Source of the DNA: a virus
IMG/VR virus record: IMGVR_UViG_3300005253_000045
Span: 1-64,000 of that record
Strand: one strand, 5' to 3'
DNA length: 64,000 nt
The first letter of the stretch is position 1, and every line of letters begins with the position of its first letter. The translations under genes and the position numbers were made by a program. Positions 48,775 to 57,812 of the stretch are shown here, one piece after another. Under the pieces are notes generated by a model. The model was not told where the DNA came from, did not search any database, and saw only the letters and a list, made by a program, of their open reading frames with translations.

Positions 48775-50311
48775 TATACGTTGGGCTCCGGCGTCCCTGT
48801 GTCCTCCGGTATGGTGGGGGGCTCTTCCGCCTCTACCTCTTCTGGCACCCACACGTCTACTGCGGCGAGGCGTTCCCCCGGAGCACTGGCCTTGATGCAG
48901 ACAATACCGCCGGCGTCGATGACACCGCCCTTCTCCAACGCCTCATTGACGGCATCGGAGAGACCAGCGGCGCTGATGTCGCCGGCGAAAAAAATCTCAA
49001 GATTCAGCGTTTGGTCTACTGTCTGGACGTGCTTCATCGGTCTTTCCTTTCTCCTGACAGGCTGTGCAGAACAGCTTGCGTTCAACTAGGTGGCCCGGGC
49101 AGTCGGGAGAGCTCGGGCACCTCACGTACCCCTGACATGAGGGGTCTGTTAGCTCGTCTATGTTGGTGAGTTGCGTGCGCCAGTCCTTGAAGGTTGTTGG
49201 GCACTCATCTGCGGGGACGCCGCATGTTGAGCAGTAGGCGAGGAGCTCTTGTTGCTCTGTCATGCGTCACCTAGTACTGCTACATCCTTGCAGTTCTCGC
49301 AGGCATCTCGGTCGTCTAGGAACTCATCGGTATCCTCTGAGGTTACGTCATCGCTGAGTTCTACTAGCACGTAGCCTACCGGTAGATTGCATAGTGTGAG
49401 CGTCCGGTCGTACTGGTTTTCGGCCCAGTGTAGTGTACTCATTCAGGCGCCTCCAAGCATTCTATCCGACGCATTACCTCGGCCCACGCCGCCGTGAGAA
49501 ACGGGCCTAGGACAAATGCGAAGACCCAGGCGACGGCCGGCAGCTCACTTGGTGCGACGATGAGGGCGGTGATGAGAGCCCCCCAGGTGACGACGAAGGC
49601 TATCTCTGTACCGAAGCATAGCCGGCACGACAGCCCGGCGTAGAAGAGTTTGAAGGCTGAGCCAGCGCCATTCCTGTACTTCTTGAAGAGACGATTTCGT
49701 AGAGGCTCAAACAGCGAGCCGTCGCTGATGACTCGGGTGAGCTGCCACGTCACCATGCCTAGGGCTAGAGTTCCGGCGAAGATAGCTACGAGGTGTTCAA
49801 TCACCTGTTGGTACCTCCTCCTCTAGCGGTACGGGCTCGTACTCCTCGGCTAGCTCCTGCGCAATCATGTCGCCCCCCCAGTACACCTCTAAGCCTGCTT
49901 GGCGGGGCTCGCCCGGCACCTGGCGCAGGCGTCCCAGCATCGACTGGAACTCTGGTACGTACTCTGCTAGCACCCGGTCGCCTGTGATGTCGAACATCTC
50001 ATCGTCGTCATCGGTGAAGTGGCGGGCGGTGAACCATTTGCAGCGGTAGTCCCCGTCTGTGTAGTAGAGGACGGCGACGCCCTGACTGCGCTTGCGCTCG
50101 ACTTCCGATAGTGTTGGTTCGCCTAGTATCATGCTTCCCTCTCATCCTCTCGCCGGATTACCTTATGTTCGATGTAGGTCCAGATGACACTTCCGATGTT
50201 GTGCTCAAGGCAAAGGTCTACCAGAGTGCCTCCGCTGGTTTGTGTGATTATCTGGCAGCCGCATCTTGCCTTGCCGCTTGATTGCGGGAAGAAGATGGTG
50301 TTCATGGGCAA
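48774..50311 (-). other. Small hypothetical genes, including a DUF1360-like membrane protein (49439-49804)
   Basis: 49439-49804: WQLTRVISDGSLFEPLR...LSCRLCFG with TM segments; others overlap ATGA-style. Confidence 0.55.
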
Positions 50312-51732
50312 ACCTCCTCAAACTCGACCTGACTACAAGTGTAGGCCGGCTGACTACTGTACGTTTTCAGTCGCTTCTTAGAGTGTCCCTCCAGGTACTT
50401 CCCTCTATCCATAAAGTCGAAGCAGAAAAGTCTCTCCTTACCCTCTGACAGCCTCATGCCTCTCCCGACTCTCTGAACAGTGAGGTGCGGGGCCTTACCT
50501 CCCCCCGCCATAATCAAGAAGGTTAGGGGCGGTATGTCAAGCCCTTCGTCGGCTATCTTGCTGATTACGAGGAGGTTCAGCTTTCCGGCTCGTACGTCAT
50601 CGTACGCCTGCTGCCGCACTTTGGTTGACTGCTTCCCCGCGATGAATGGGCAGTCCAGCATCTTCGCCAGCTTCGTCCCGTGCTCCAGGCGTTCCACGAG
50701 GATGGCGACGGCGCCGCTCCTACTCTCGTTCAGGCGCCGGGCGAGGTCAACGATGTAGCTGTTGCGTACTGTGTTGCTAATGATACCATATTCGACGGCT
50801 TCCGGCCACTTCTTCCAGCTTATCCGGTTCTTTGGCATTGCTATCATGAAGACATCAACAGCCACTAGATGGCCTTGCTCGGCGAGCTCATCGGCTCCAA
50901 CGTGGTGGATTGTGGGGCCGAGCCAGGAGCAGACTTTGAAGAATGTCTCAAGGTCTTCCTCCTTATACGGGGTCGCGCTGTAGCCGTAGCGCCATTTTGC
51001 AGACCAAAGGTTGGCCATCACCCGCTCGTAGCTCTTGGCGGGGAGGTGATGGGCCTCGTCAACGTGTACCTGCCCTATCTCCTCGCGTAGCCAGGTCTCG
51101 ATGCCCTCTTTCCCCTTGAGGCGGCGGTAGAGGGTCTGGAAAGTGGCGACGGTGAGGACGCGGGGTTCCCACTTGCCGTCACCAATGACGCCTATGACGT
51201 CCTGTTTATCGAAGTCCTCTAGGCCGCGGCCTAAGCCTAGTGTTTTGATAGCACGGTCGGCTGTTTGAGTCATGAGGTCTTTCCGGTGTACCAGTATCAA
51301 CCCCGGCAGACCAATGCGCCGCGCTAGTTCTAAGAGGACTTCCGTTTTGCCTGCCGCCGTTGGGTGCCATACCACGCCCCGCTCTCCCTGTTCCGCCTTT
51401 TCTATGGCCTCCGTCTGGTGTTGGCGGAACACTGTGCTGTTGTGGAGCCCGGCGAGACGGAAGTCCACGGTGGGAGCGGCCGGCCGCTCTTCTACCACCT
51501 CAACGTCGATTCCCTCCGCGTGGAGACGTGCGGCTAGCCAGGGAGTGAGGCCGGCGGCGAATCGGCCGCTCGGCGACATAATTTTTACCCAGCCGTCCCA
51601 GCCCCCGCGCTTGTATGCCCGCGTAAAAATGTATCCCTTCTGTCGATACGACAAGAGGGTACGGGCCTGATAGATATTTGGCCCCTCGAACCGGGCGTGA
51701 GTGTTGGTGACTGTGATGATGTTATGCGCCAC
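50302..51732 (-). CDS. Superfamily 2 DExH helicase (UvsW/D10-like)
   Basis: PTAAGKT, VDEAHH, YSATP, DEGLDIP, QRVGRGMR. Confidence 0.9.
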   Translation of the reverse strand: MAHNIITVTNTHARFEGPNIYQARTLLSYRQKGYIFTRAYKRGGWDGWVKIMSPSGRFAAGLTPWLAARLHAEGIDVEVVEERPAAPTVDFRLAGLHNSTVFRQHQTEAIEKAEQGERGVVWHPTAAGKTEVLLELARRIGLPGLILVHRKDLMTQTADRAIKTLGLGRGLEDFDKQDVIGVIGDGKWEPRVLTVATFQTLYRRLKGKEGIETWLREEIGQVHVDEAHHLPAKSYERVMANLWSAKWRYGYSATPYKEEDLETFFKVCSWLGPTIHHVGADELAEQGHLVAVDVFMIAMPKNRISWKKWPEAVEYGIISNTVRNSYIVDLARRLNESRSGAVAILVERLEHGTKLAKMLDCPFIAGKQSTKVRQQAYDDVRAGKLNLLVISKIADEGLDIPPLTFLIMAGGGKAPHLTVQRVGRGMRLSEGKERLFCFDFMDRGKYLEGHSKKRLKTYSSQPAYTCSQVEFEEVCP

Positions 51733-52865
51733 TACCGCCCGCCTAATCCTATCGCTGCTCTTGTATGGCCCTTCGCTCCAGTGAATCCTTCTGCTGCTGC
51801 GTAGAGTTCTGCTAACGTGTACGCCTTTGTCGCTGTGCCTTCTACTTTATGCTCTGTGAACCAGGCTTGGGCCTCCTCGGTGGTGAGCGGTTTGAACTCT
51901 ACCTCGGCGGCGCAGCGTCCCGGTCTACCCACTGCGGGGTGGAGCTTGCCCAGCGGTTCGTTCGTGGTCACGAGGGCTATGACCCTCATCCCCTGGCCAA
52001 TCATTCCATCGGACAGATTGAGGAATCGGGATAGGGCCTGCCCCTCTCTTTGGCGGGCGTCCTCCGCCAGTAGCTCACCCGCATCCTCTAGTATTAGTAG
52101 CCGCCACTTACCTTGTTCGGCGTTTGGGTGCGGAGAAGCGCGAGGTCTCGTAATGGCCGAGTCTCCGTTGTTCTCGCCCATGACTACACCCATCATGTAG
52201 GCGGCCGAACCGAAGAAAGCCTCAGGGTCAACAATATATTCGGTATTGCACCAGTGTCGCCAGGAGTATGCGAGTGCTCTCAGCGCAAAGGTCTTTCCTG
52301 TCCCTGGAGGGCCATGCCATAGTACAAGCCGCCCTCCGTGCGCGGGTTGAAACTGGGCCATTAGTTCGGTTAGAGGGGCAGCGGCTAGCTGTGAGTAGTT
52401 GCCACTGATGTCTTCCCAGTCAGGGACATCAATACGTCTTGATTGCTCAAGTGCCCCGCTGGGGCCAAGCATCCAGAAGCGAATCTGAATTGTCTTATCG
52501 TCCTTCGGGGTAGCGACTGGAAAGAGCTGTCTAACCTCATTGACGAAGTGTAGATGGGGAGTAGCGGCCAGGTCGGGGAAGGCTGTAACTACTGAAACTC
52601 CCGACCTTTCTACCATCACAAGGCCAATCCCCCCGTCGTCAAGAGTAAGGAATAATGTACCCCTCTGCATGTCCTGGTAGATGACCTTGCCTCTCCCCCC
52701 GTCGAGCTTGATGAGTTTTTCCAGCGGAGACCCAAGGTCGATAGTCCAGTTGGTGGATTGAAGGTAGGGTTTGTTCTGCGCAAGTGCCTCGTTGGTAAAT
52801 AAGTTCCATGGAAGGGCACTTACACTTGTTGAGGCCAGGTCGATTGTTGTGTCAATGGCCTTCAT
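51732..52865 (-). CDS. AAA+ ATPase (DUF5925-like N-terminus)
   Basis: HGPPGTGKT, LILEDAG, LNLSDG, TTN, RPGRC. Confidence 0.85.
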   Translation of the reverse strand: MKAIDTTIDLASTSVSALPWNLFTNEALAQNKPYLQSTNWTIDLGSPLEKLIKLDGGRGKVIYQDMQRGTLFLTLDDGGIGLVMVERSGVSVVTAFPDLAATPHLHFVNEVRQLFPVATPKDDKTIQIRFWMLGPSGALEQSRRIDVPDWEDISGNYSQLAAAPLTELMAQFQPAHGGRLVLWHGPPGTGKTFALRALAYSWRHWCNTEYIVDPEAFFGSAAYMMGVVMGENNGDSAITRPRASPHPNAEQGKWRLLILEDAGELLAEDARQREGQALSRFLNLSDGMIGQGMRVIALVTTNEPLGKLHPAVGRPGRCAAEVEFKPLTTEEAQAWFTEHKVEGTATKAYTLAELYAAAEGFTGAKGHTRAAIGLGGR

Positions 52866-52867
52866 TG

Positions 52868-53038
52868 TTACACCTCCTGCTCGTAGCTTACTAAGCCCTC
52901 GCTAGAGAGTTCGGCGAACGCAGCGCGTACAGCAGTCTTGCTGCTCCTCAGGACGCCAATGAGCTCTTCCATCACCAAGTTGGTACCCTCGGGCTGCGCC
53001 CTCAGGTGCTTGTACAGCGCGTAGGCTATTGGTGAGAT
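52868..53038 (-). CDS. 56-aa winged-HTH protein with apparent ATC start
   Basis: (I/M)SPIAYALYKHL...MEELIGVLRSSKTAVRAAFAELSSEGLV; SD GAGGAGGT 5 nt before ATC; no in-frame ATG/GTG/TTG upstream before a TGA. Confidence 0.55.
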   Translation of the reverse strand: MSPIAYALYKHLRAQPEGTNLVMEELIGVLRSSKTAVRAAFAELSSEGLVSYEQEV

Positions 53039-53057
53039 GCTGCACCTCCTCTGTTTC

Positions 53058-53205
53058 TCATGGTCTCGCGCCTGTTGCCTCTCAACGTGGGCCTCCCGCA
53101 GGAGAACTCACCCGCGTCAGTGGCGTGTACACATTACTCCTCATACCCCACCTACCTGGGAGCACTTGCTACGAGGTAGGGAGAGGCACAGGCGTGAACC
53201 CATGA
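53058..53205 (-). ncRNA. Unknown 148-nt structured RNA immediately 3' of the mini-tmRNA
   Basis: ~25-bp closing stem (53181-53205 with 53058-53083); internal hairpins CCTACCT/AGGTAGG and CGCGGG/CCTGCG. Confidence 0.55.
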
Positions 53206-53287
53206 TGGTGGAGGTGGCCAGTGTCGAACTGGCGTCCGGCCGGCCGCGCCTTAGCGCGTTATCCAACCGTCGAGCCCTCTCACCCCC
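53206..53287 (-). ncRNA. Mini-tmRNA: tRNA-like domain only (82 nt)
   Basis: GGGGGTG/CACCTCC acceptor stem with G3-U70, A73, CCA; stemless D-loop AGAGGGCTCGAC; helix CGGTTGG/CCGGCCG; GAC; T-arm GCCAG-TTCGACA-CTGGC; TATAAT 5 nt upstream. Confidence 0.75.
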
Positions 53288-54900
53288 ATACTATTATAAC
53301 GTATTATCGACGCGAGCGTTTCACCTTGTTACTCCGCGCCTTGCGCCGGCGCCAGCACTTGTCTGCTCCGGTCAGGCAGAGCCATACGTTGTCTCTCCCA
53401 TAGTAACGGCACGCCCGCTCCATCCGGCAGGTAGCGCACCGCTGTAACTGGTCTATGGGCTCTTCGTTTAGGCCGTCGTTGCACTCATCCATGACAGCAC
53501 TTACCCGTAGGGTTGAGCATTTCACGCTTCGCTATCGCGTTCTTTGGTATCTTCTGACGCCACGCCCGGCGACCTTCTACCACCATCTCTAGACCCTCGG
53601 TTAGCAGCCACAGACGCGGCGGGTTTCCAATAGTTATTGCCCCGAACTGCCATAGCCAGGGGGGTGTCGCGTAGACGGTCATGTCCCCACGTTCGTCAGA
53701 GGCGAGAAGGGCGGTCTCCCCGTCGTATAGTGTGTACTTCATTCTGATACCTCCTCAAAGTTGCGGCAGGTTGGGCAGGGCGTACCATACGGCCCTGTGT
53801 CCAGACCCATGACTCTATCACAGGCGAGGACGCTAGTCCATGTACAAGGCAGCCTGCCTTGTGCTCGGCGGGCGCACCTCTCGCAGTATGCTTGTGTTCC
53901 CTTCTCATCCATGAGTATAGCCTCTCCGGGGCACAGGCGCATGGAGCATCCGCCGCGGCCGGCCTTCGACTCCGCAGTGAAGACTCGATGATTGAACGCC
54001 TTTAGTACCACCTTGCGGCGCGGCGGGGTACTGAGAGCCGTGCAGCGAAAGAGGTGGTACATCGGGGCGGTCGGGCAGTATCCCCCGTAGACGATGCGCC
54101 CGGTTCCCCGTTCGTGATTGTGAATGATGCCAGACGGTCGGTTGTTAAGCTGGCGGTCTCCGCGTAGAGCCCGACGTCGTATGTCCTGCGGTATCGGCCC
54201 CATCATGGTGCTCCACTGCCTCGGCATGTCAGCTTTTATTGGAGTCATCGCCCTCTTCCCCCTCTGCGAAGTTCGCCCTCCATTCCCCTGGCTTGATGAG
54301 CGCGAGCAGCGTTATTGCCCGCCGCCACCAGGGGCTAGCCTCGTCATGGGGTCGGGTGAGAAAGAGCCCTACCTCACGATGGTCTTCATCGATAGCGATG
54401 AGGCCCACCATTGACTCTGAGTCGATAGCATCTACGACCCCGCCCCTGTAGCCAATGGCGAGGACGGCGACGGGCTTGGGGTCGCTGTTCGCCACGAGTG
54501 CGATGGTAAACTGGTCTCCGCTCTCATGTATCTCATCGTAGAGATGACCGGCCCCGCAGACATGGCAGTATACGCCCATTTGGTCTATGTCGTATCCTTC
54601 TCGTGTCCATACGCCGTTGCTATCGAGAGGGTACTCGAATGTCTCGCGCATGACGAGCTCCCCGTCGCAGTTCAAGCAGTTCATACGCGATTCTCCGATT
54701 CGGCCTTGTCTATGACATGGCCCTCGAATACAGCCACGACGAAGGCACCCTCGCGGGCCGAGTCTTCGCGAAGTGCCGCCTCAATAGCGTGCTCGACTGT
54801 GGGCGCCTGTACCCATGCAACGTAGGTGTCCTGCTCCCGGCTGTCAATGTAGAAGCCGACGACGGTGTATGGTAGTAGCTTTCTGCTCATCTTGCCCCTC

Positions 54901-55248
54901 CTATCCCCGCCGTATCAGGTAAGTCGTACCGTCGAACTCGACGGAAGTGTAGTCCCTTTGTACGTCTTTGGCCCACCGCTCCCAGTCTATGTAGGATTCC
55001 ATTTGACTGCCGGGGTCAACATATCCTACGTCATAGGCGAAGTCTCGGGCATAGTCCTCGAACTCCTCCTCTGGGATGAGTGTCCTGTCTCCGTGGACGC
55101 TGTCTAGGTCGCCGCCTAGGTCAGTAGTGAGAAGCTTGAGTGCGGCCCAGCGCAAGCTATCCTCTTCGTCAAGTCCCCCATTGGACTCGGCGAGGTCGTT
55201 GAGCTCGTCTAGTTCTTGGGCAAGGTCGTCTAGGTCTAGGTACTCCAT
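54901..55248 (-). CDS. ArdA-like acidic antirestriction (DNA-mimic) protein
   Basis: Very acidic; FEDYARDFAYDVG...SYIDWERWAKD resembles the ArdA C-terminal domain. Confidence 0.55.
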   Translation of the reverse strand: MEYLDLDDLAQELDELNDLAESNGGLDEEDSLRWAALKLLTTDLGGDLDSVHGDRTLIPEEEFEDYARDFAYDVGYVDPGSQMESYIDWERWAKDVQRDYTSVEFDGTTYLIRRG

Positions 55249-56033
55249 GGTAGCCTCCTATCCTGTGTAGTCGAATACGATGTGCCCTATGAGCGCCACG
55301 AATGTGGCAACCTCCCACCATGCCTCTTTGATGCCCGCTCCTACCTGCTTGCAGCGTAGACACCCGAAGCCCACATTCGCTTCGTGGCCTCCACGTGAGT
55401 GCCGGAGCTTGAGCACCTGCACCATGCGGCGGGCATCCGTGAGCAGATGGACAGCGAGGAATGCCAGCGCCACGAGCGCTAGTAGCTCGCTTACCGGCAG
55501 CATGTCTCCCCTACCATGTGCAGCACTGGCCCCGGACGCCCGCAGGGGCAAGGCTCTTCCGAGCTCGCCGCGTTGTCTACGGATACCCACACCCACGCCT
55601 GCACGTAGGCTCCATCTTCGTCGGCATTGTGGCACCGTGCCGAGTCCTCCGGCGGATGGTCGTGAGCGCGGCTAACATTGGCGTCGCTGTCTATCTCTAT
55701 CTCGCCGTCGTGGGCGTATTGACTGCGTGCCAATTCCCTGTACTCTTCGTCGTTCATGTCGTCTCTCCTAGCTTCCTGGGTCGTTTCGCGTTGCGTGCGA
55801 CGCTCTCTCTAAATGGCGAGCGTGCTATTAGCTAGTTCTGTCACGCCCATCCCGTTGCCAAACTCGGTCAAGGTGTCTATGGCCTCTTCGTACTCTTCAT
55901 CCGTGAAGTGCTCGACTTCCTTGTACGTATCATACGTGTTGCTCTCATTGAAGCCGGACAGTACGCGGGTAAGGAACCGTGCTGCGTCTTCCGCCTGTCG
56001 TATCTGGTCGCTAATCATTGCCTTCTCCTCTCT

Positions 56034-56363
56034 CTACGTGATTGCCGGGCCGGTTAGTACCGTGTGGCTGAGATACACGGCCTTTTGGTCTAGCCGTTCC
56101 TTGATTGTATCTCGCCCCGTATCCATAGCGGCGCACAAGGCGACAGACGATTCGTATGCTATCGTATAGATGCGTACGGGCTCGTAAATATCTTTGGTGC
56201 CATCGCACCAGACGCCGCGACCATCGACGACTGTGAATCCGCCGAAGGTAGAGCCGATGAAGTATTCAATCGCCTCTAACCGGCGGGCATATTCGGCTGG
56301 CGCTATCTTACCGCCCTTGTTCGGCATCGATGGTATGACTAGCTTTGCCTCTAGCCACGTCAT
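56034..56363 (-). CDS. Putative SAM lyase / DUF3574-like ferredoxin-fold protein
   Basis: FGGFTVVDGRGVW...YEPV...RLDQKAVY; G-x-W/Y...E...Q-x-x-V pattern like phage SAM lyases. Confidence 0.4.
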   Translation of the reverse strand: MTWLEAKLVIPSMPNKGGKIAPAEYARRLEAIEYFIGSTFGGFTVVDGRGVWCDGTKDIYEPVRIYTIAYESSVALCAAMDTGRDTIKERLDQKAVYLSHTVLTGPAIT

Positions 56364-57183
56364 TGCTCCCGCTCCCATCTGCGCAAGGCGAGTAGTAGTG
56401 GGCCGAGTCCCAGCATAATCAGCAGTAGCGTTCGCATTCTACGCCTCCTCTTCATCGCTTATCTCTGCCCCTATTATCCCGGCCAGGACGGCACACTCTG
56501 CGCATATCTGTATCAGCGCCGCGCTCTCGATGTTGACGCGCTCTTCGTTCTCTTCGTCGCATACGTCACAGTTGAATGTGCCTGATGAGCGATAGATGCC
56601 GGTGTCGTGCCCGATTGTATGTGTCATTTTACGCCTCCTCGTACCCGTCGAACCATACGCCCGCCTTGTGCGTGTCGTCGCGCTGGCAGTGCGCTCGCGC
56701 GTCCGCTAGGAGCAATCTGCGGCGCATTATCTTGCGTCGGCCCGATACCTTGAACATGCGTACTACGTTGTAGCGCTTGGGTGTGCAGTCGCCGCAGCAG
56801 CTACCCTCGCCGTTGTCTTCGGCCTGTGGATTCTCGCACATGGTCTCTCGCTCCTCTCTCGGTTATAAGCCCGTCCCCGCGTCCCTCTAGGGGAGAGACG
56901 CGGGCATCGGCCTACCCCCGGTCGTTTGGGAAAACGGTCTCCTCTCCTGGCCGTAGGCAGTCGTGGTCGGCTGCGAATGGGCCTAATAAGGATATGATAA
57001 TGCCCGCTTCCCCTAGAAGCCGCGCCACACCCTCGATGCCGTGTAGGTCGAAGGCACGGCGTAGACCCTTCACTGTGTCTGCCCGTAGCTCTGCGAGCTC
57101 GCGGGTAGCGGCCCGCTCATTGTCTGCCTGTATCTCTGCTAGTCCTCGCATCTCTGTTCGCCTCCTCTACTACTATTGTCGGT

Positions 57184-57212
57184 ACGTTGACGATATTCTG
57201 AAGGGGCGTCAA
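57184..57212 (-). promoter_or_regulatory. Early promoter
   Basis: TTGACG-17-CAACGT; shares CCCTTCAG spacer and ACCGAnnATAG start region with the 61939-61967 promoter. Confidence 0.5.
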
Positions 57213-57617
57213 TACCTCCTATGTCTAGCTCTCGTAGGACTCCGTCCCGCAGTCCCGACAGCGCCACCATGACAGACTGCCGAGAGTCCCTAGCAGTTCT
57301 AGCCTCTGCCCGTTACAAGCTGGACACATGATGCTCGCTCCTCTCTAATTTAACCAAGCGTCCGATTCTAACCGGGCTGCTGTGCGTATCTCCGGGTTGT
57401 CGTGGTACTCAAGGTCGCTAACGGCGATTCTCCAACGTGGCCATAGGTCGGGGTAGCCGTCGCGGTCGAACGCTGCCCGTGCTGCCGTAACTGCGGCTAT
57501 CACCTTGCGAGGGTCGTCACTGTTCTGCGCCCGCGTTAGTGCGCCTTTTGCTTTCCGATATGCCTTGTTTAGTGCGTCATAATCCATTGTCTCTTCCCCT
57601 CTCTCTACTGATAGTGA

Positions 57618-57745
57618 GAGAGGGTCGCCGGTTGGCACTCAACGGCCCCGCGCACGCCACCGCGCCACGGGCATGACTGGTAGGTGCTGCATTGAGCGCG
57701 TGGGTAAGAGCCATGCGCCCTGGCCATCGTACCGGCGACCCTCTC
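57618..57745 (-). ncRNA. Structured leader or small RNA closed by a 15-bp perfect stem
   Basis: GAGAGGGTCGCCGGT / ACCGGCGACCCTCTC; directly downstream of an AT-rich promoter-like element. Confidence 0.45.
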
Positions 57746-57780
57746 CTACTATATATTGTCGGCACTTTTGGGCAAAACTG

Positions 57781-57812
57781 TACCCCCTACGCCGGTTAGG
57801 ACGTAGGGGGTA
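57781..57812 (-). terminator. Hairpin, probable intrinsic terminator
   Basis: 11-bp stem TACCCCCTACG/CGTAGGGGGTA followed by CAGTTTT on the - strand. Confidence 0.5.

Noticed and set aside
53036-53134. Selenoprotein or UGA read-through (ATG TGT ACA CGC CAC TGA CGC GGG TGA is in frame with the wHTH ORF)
   Set aside because: SD spacing is only 2 nt, no recognisable SECIS, TGA is used as a normal stop elsewhere, and the region is explained by RNA structure
53206-53240. attP fragment of a host tmRNA/tRNA gene
   Set aside because: Both 5' and 3' halves are present, mutually paired and preceded by a -10 box; no integrase in the window
53206-53287. Canonical tRNA-Ala or amber-suppressor tRNA (CTA in the inner hairpin loop)
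   Set aside because: No D-stem and no 5-bp stem/7-nt anticodon loop; the D-loop and P2 geometry match tmRNA instead
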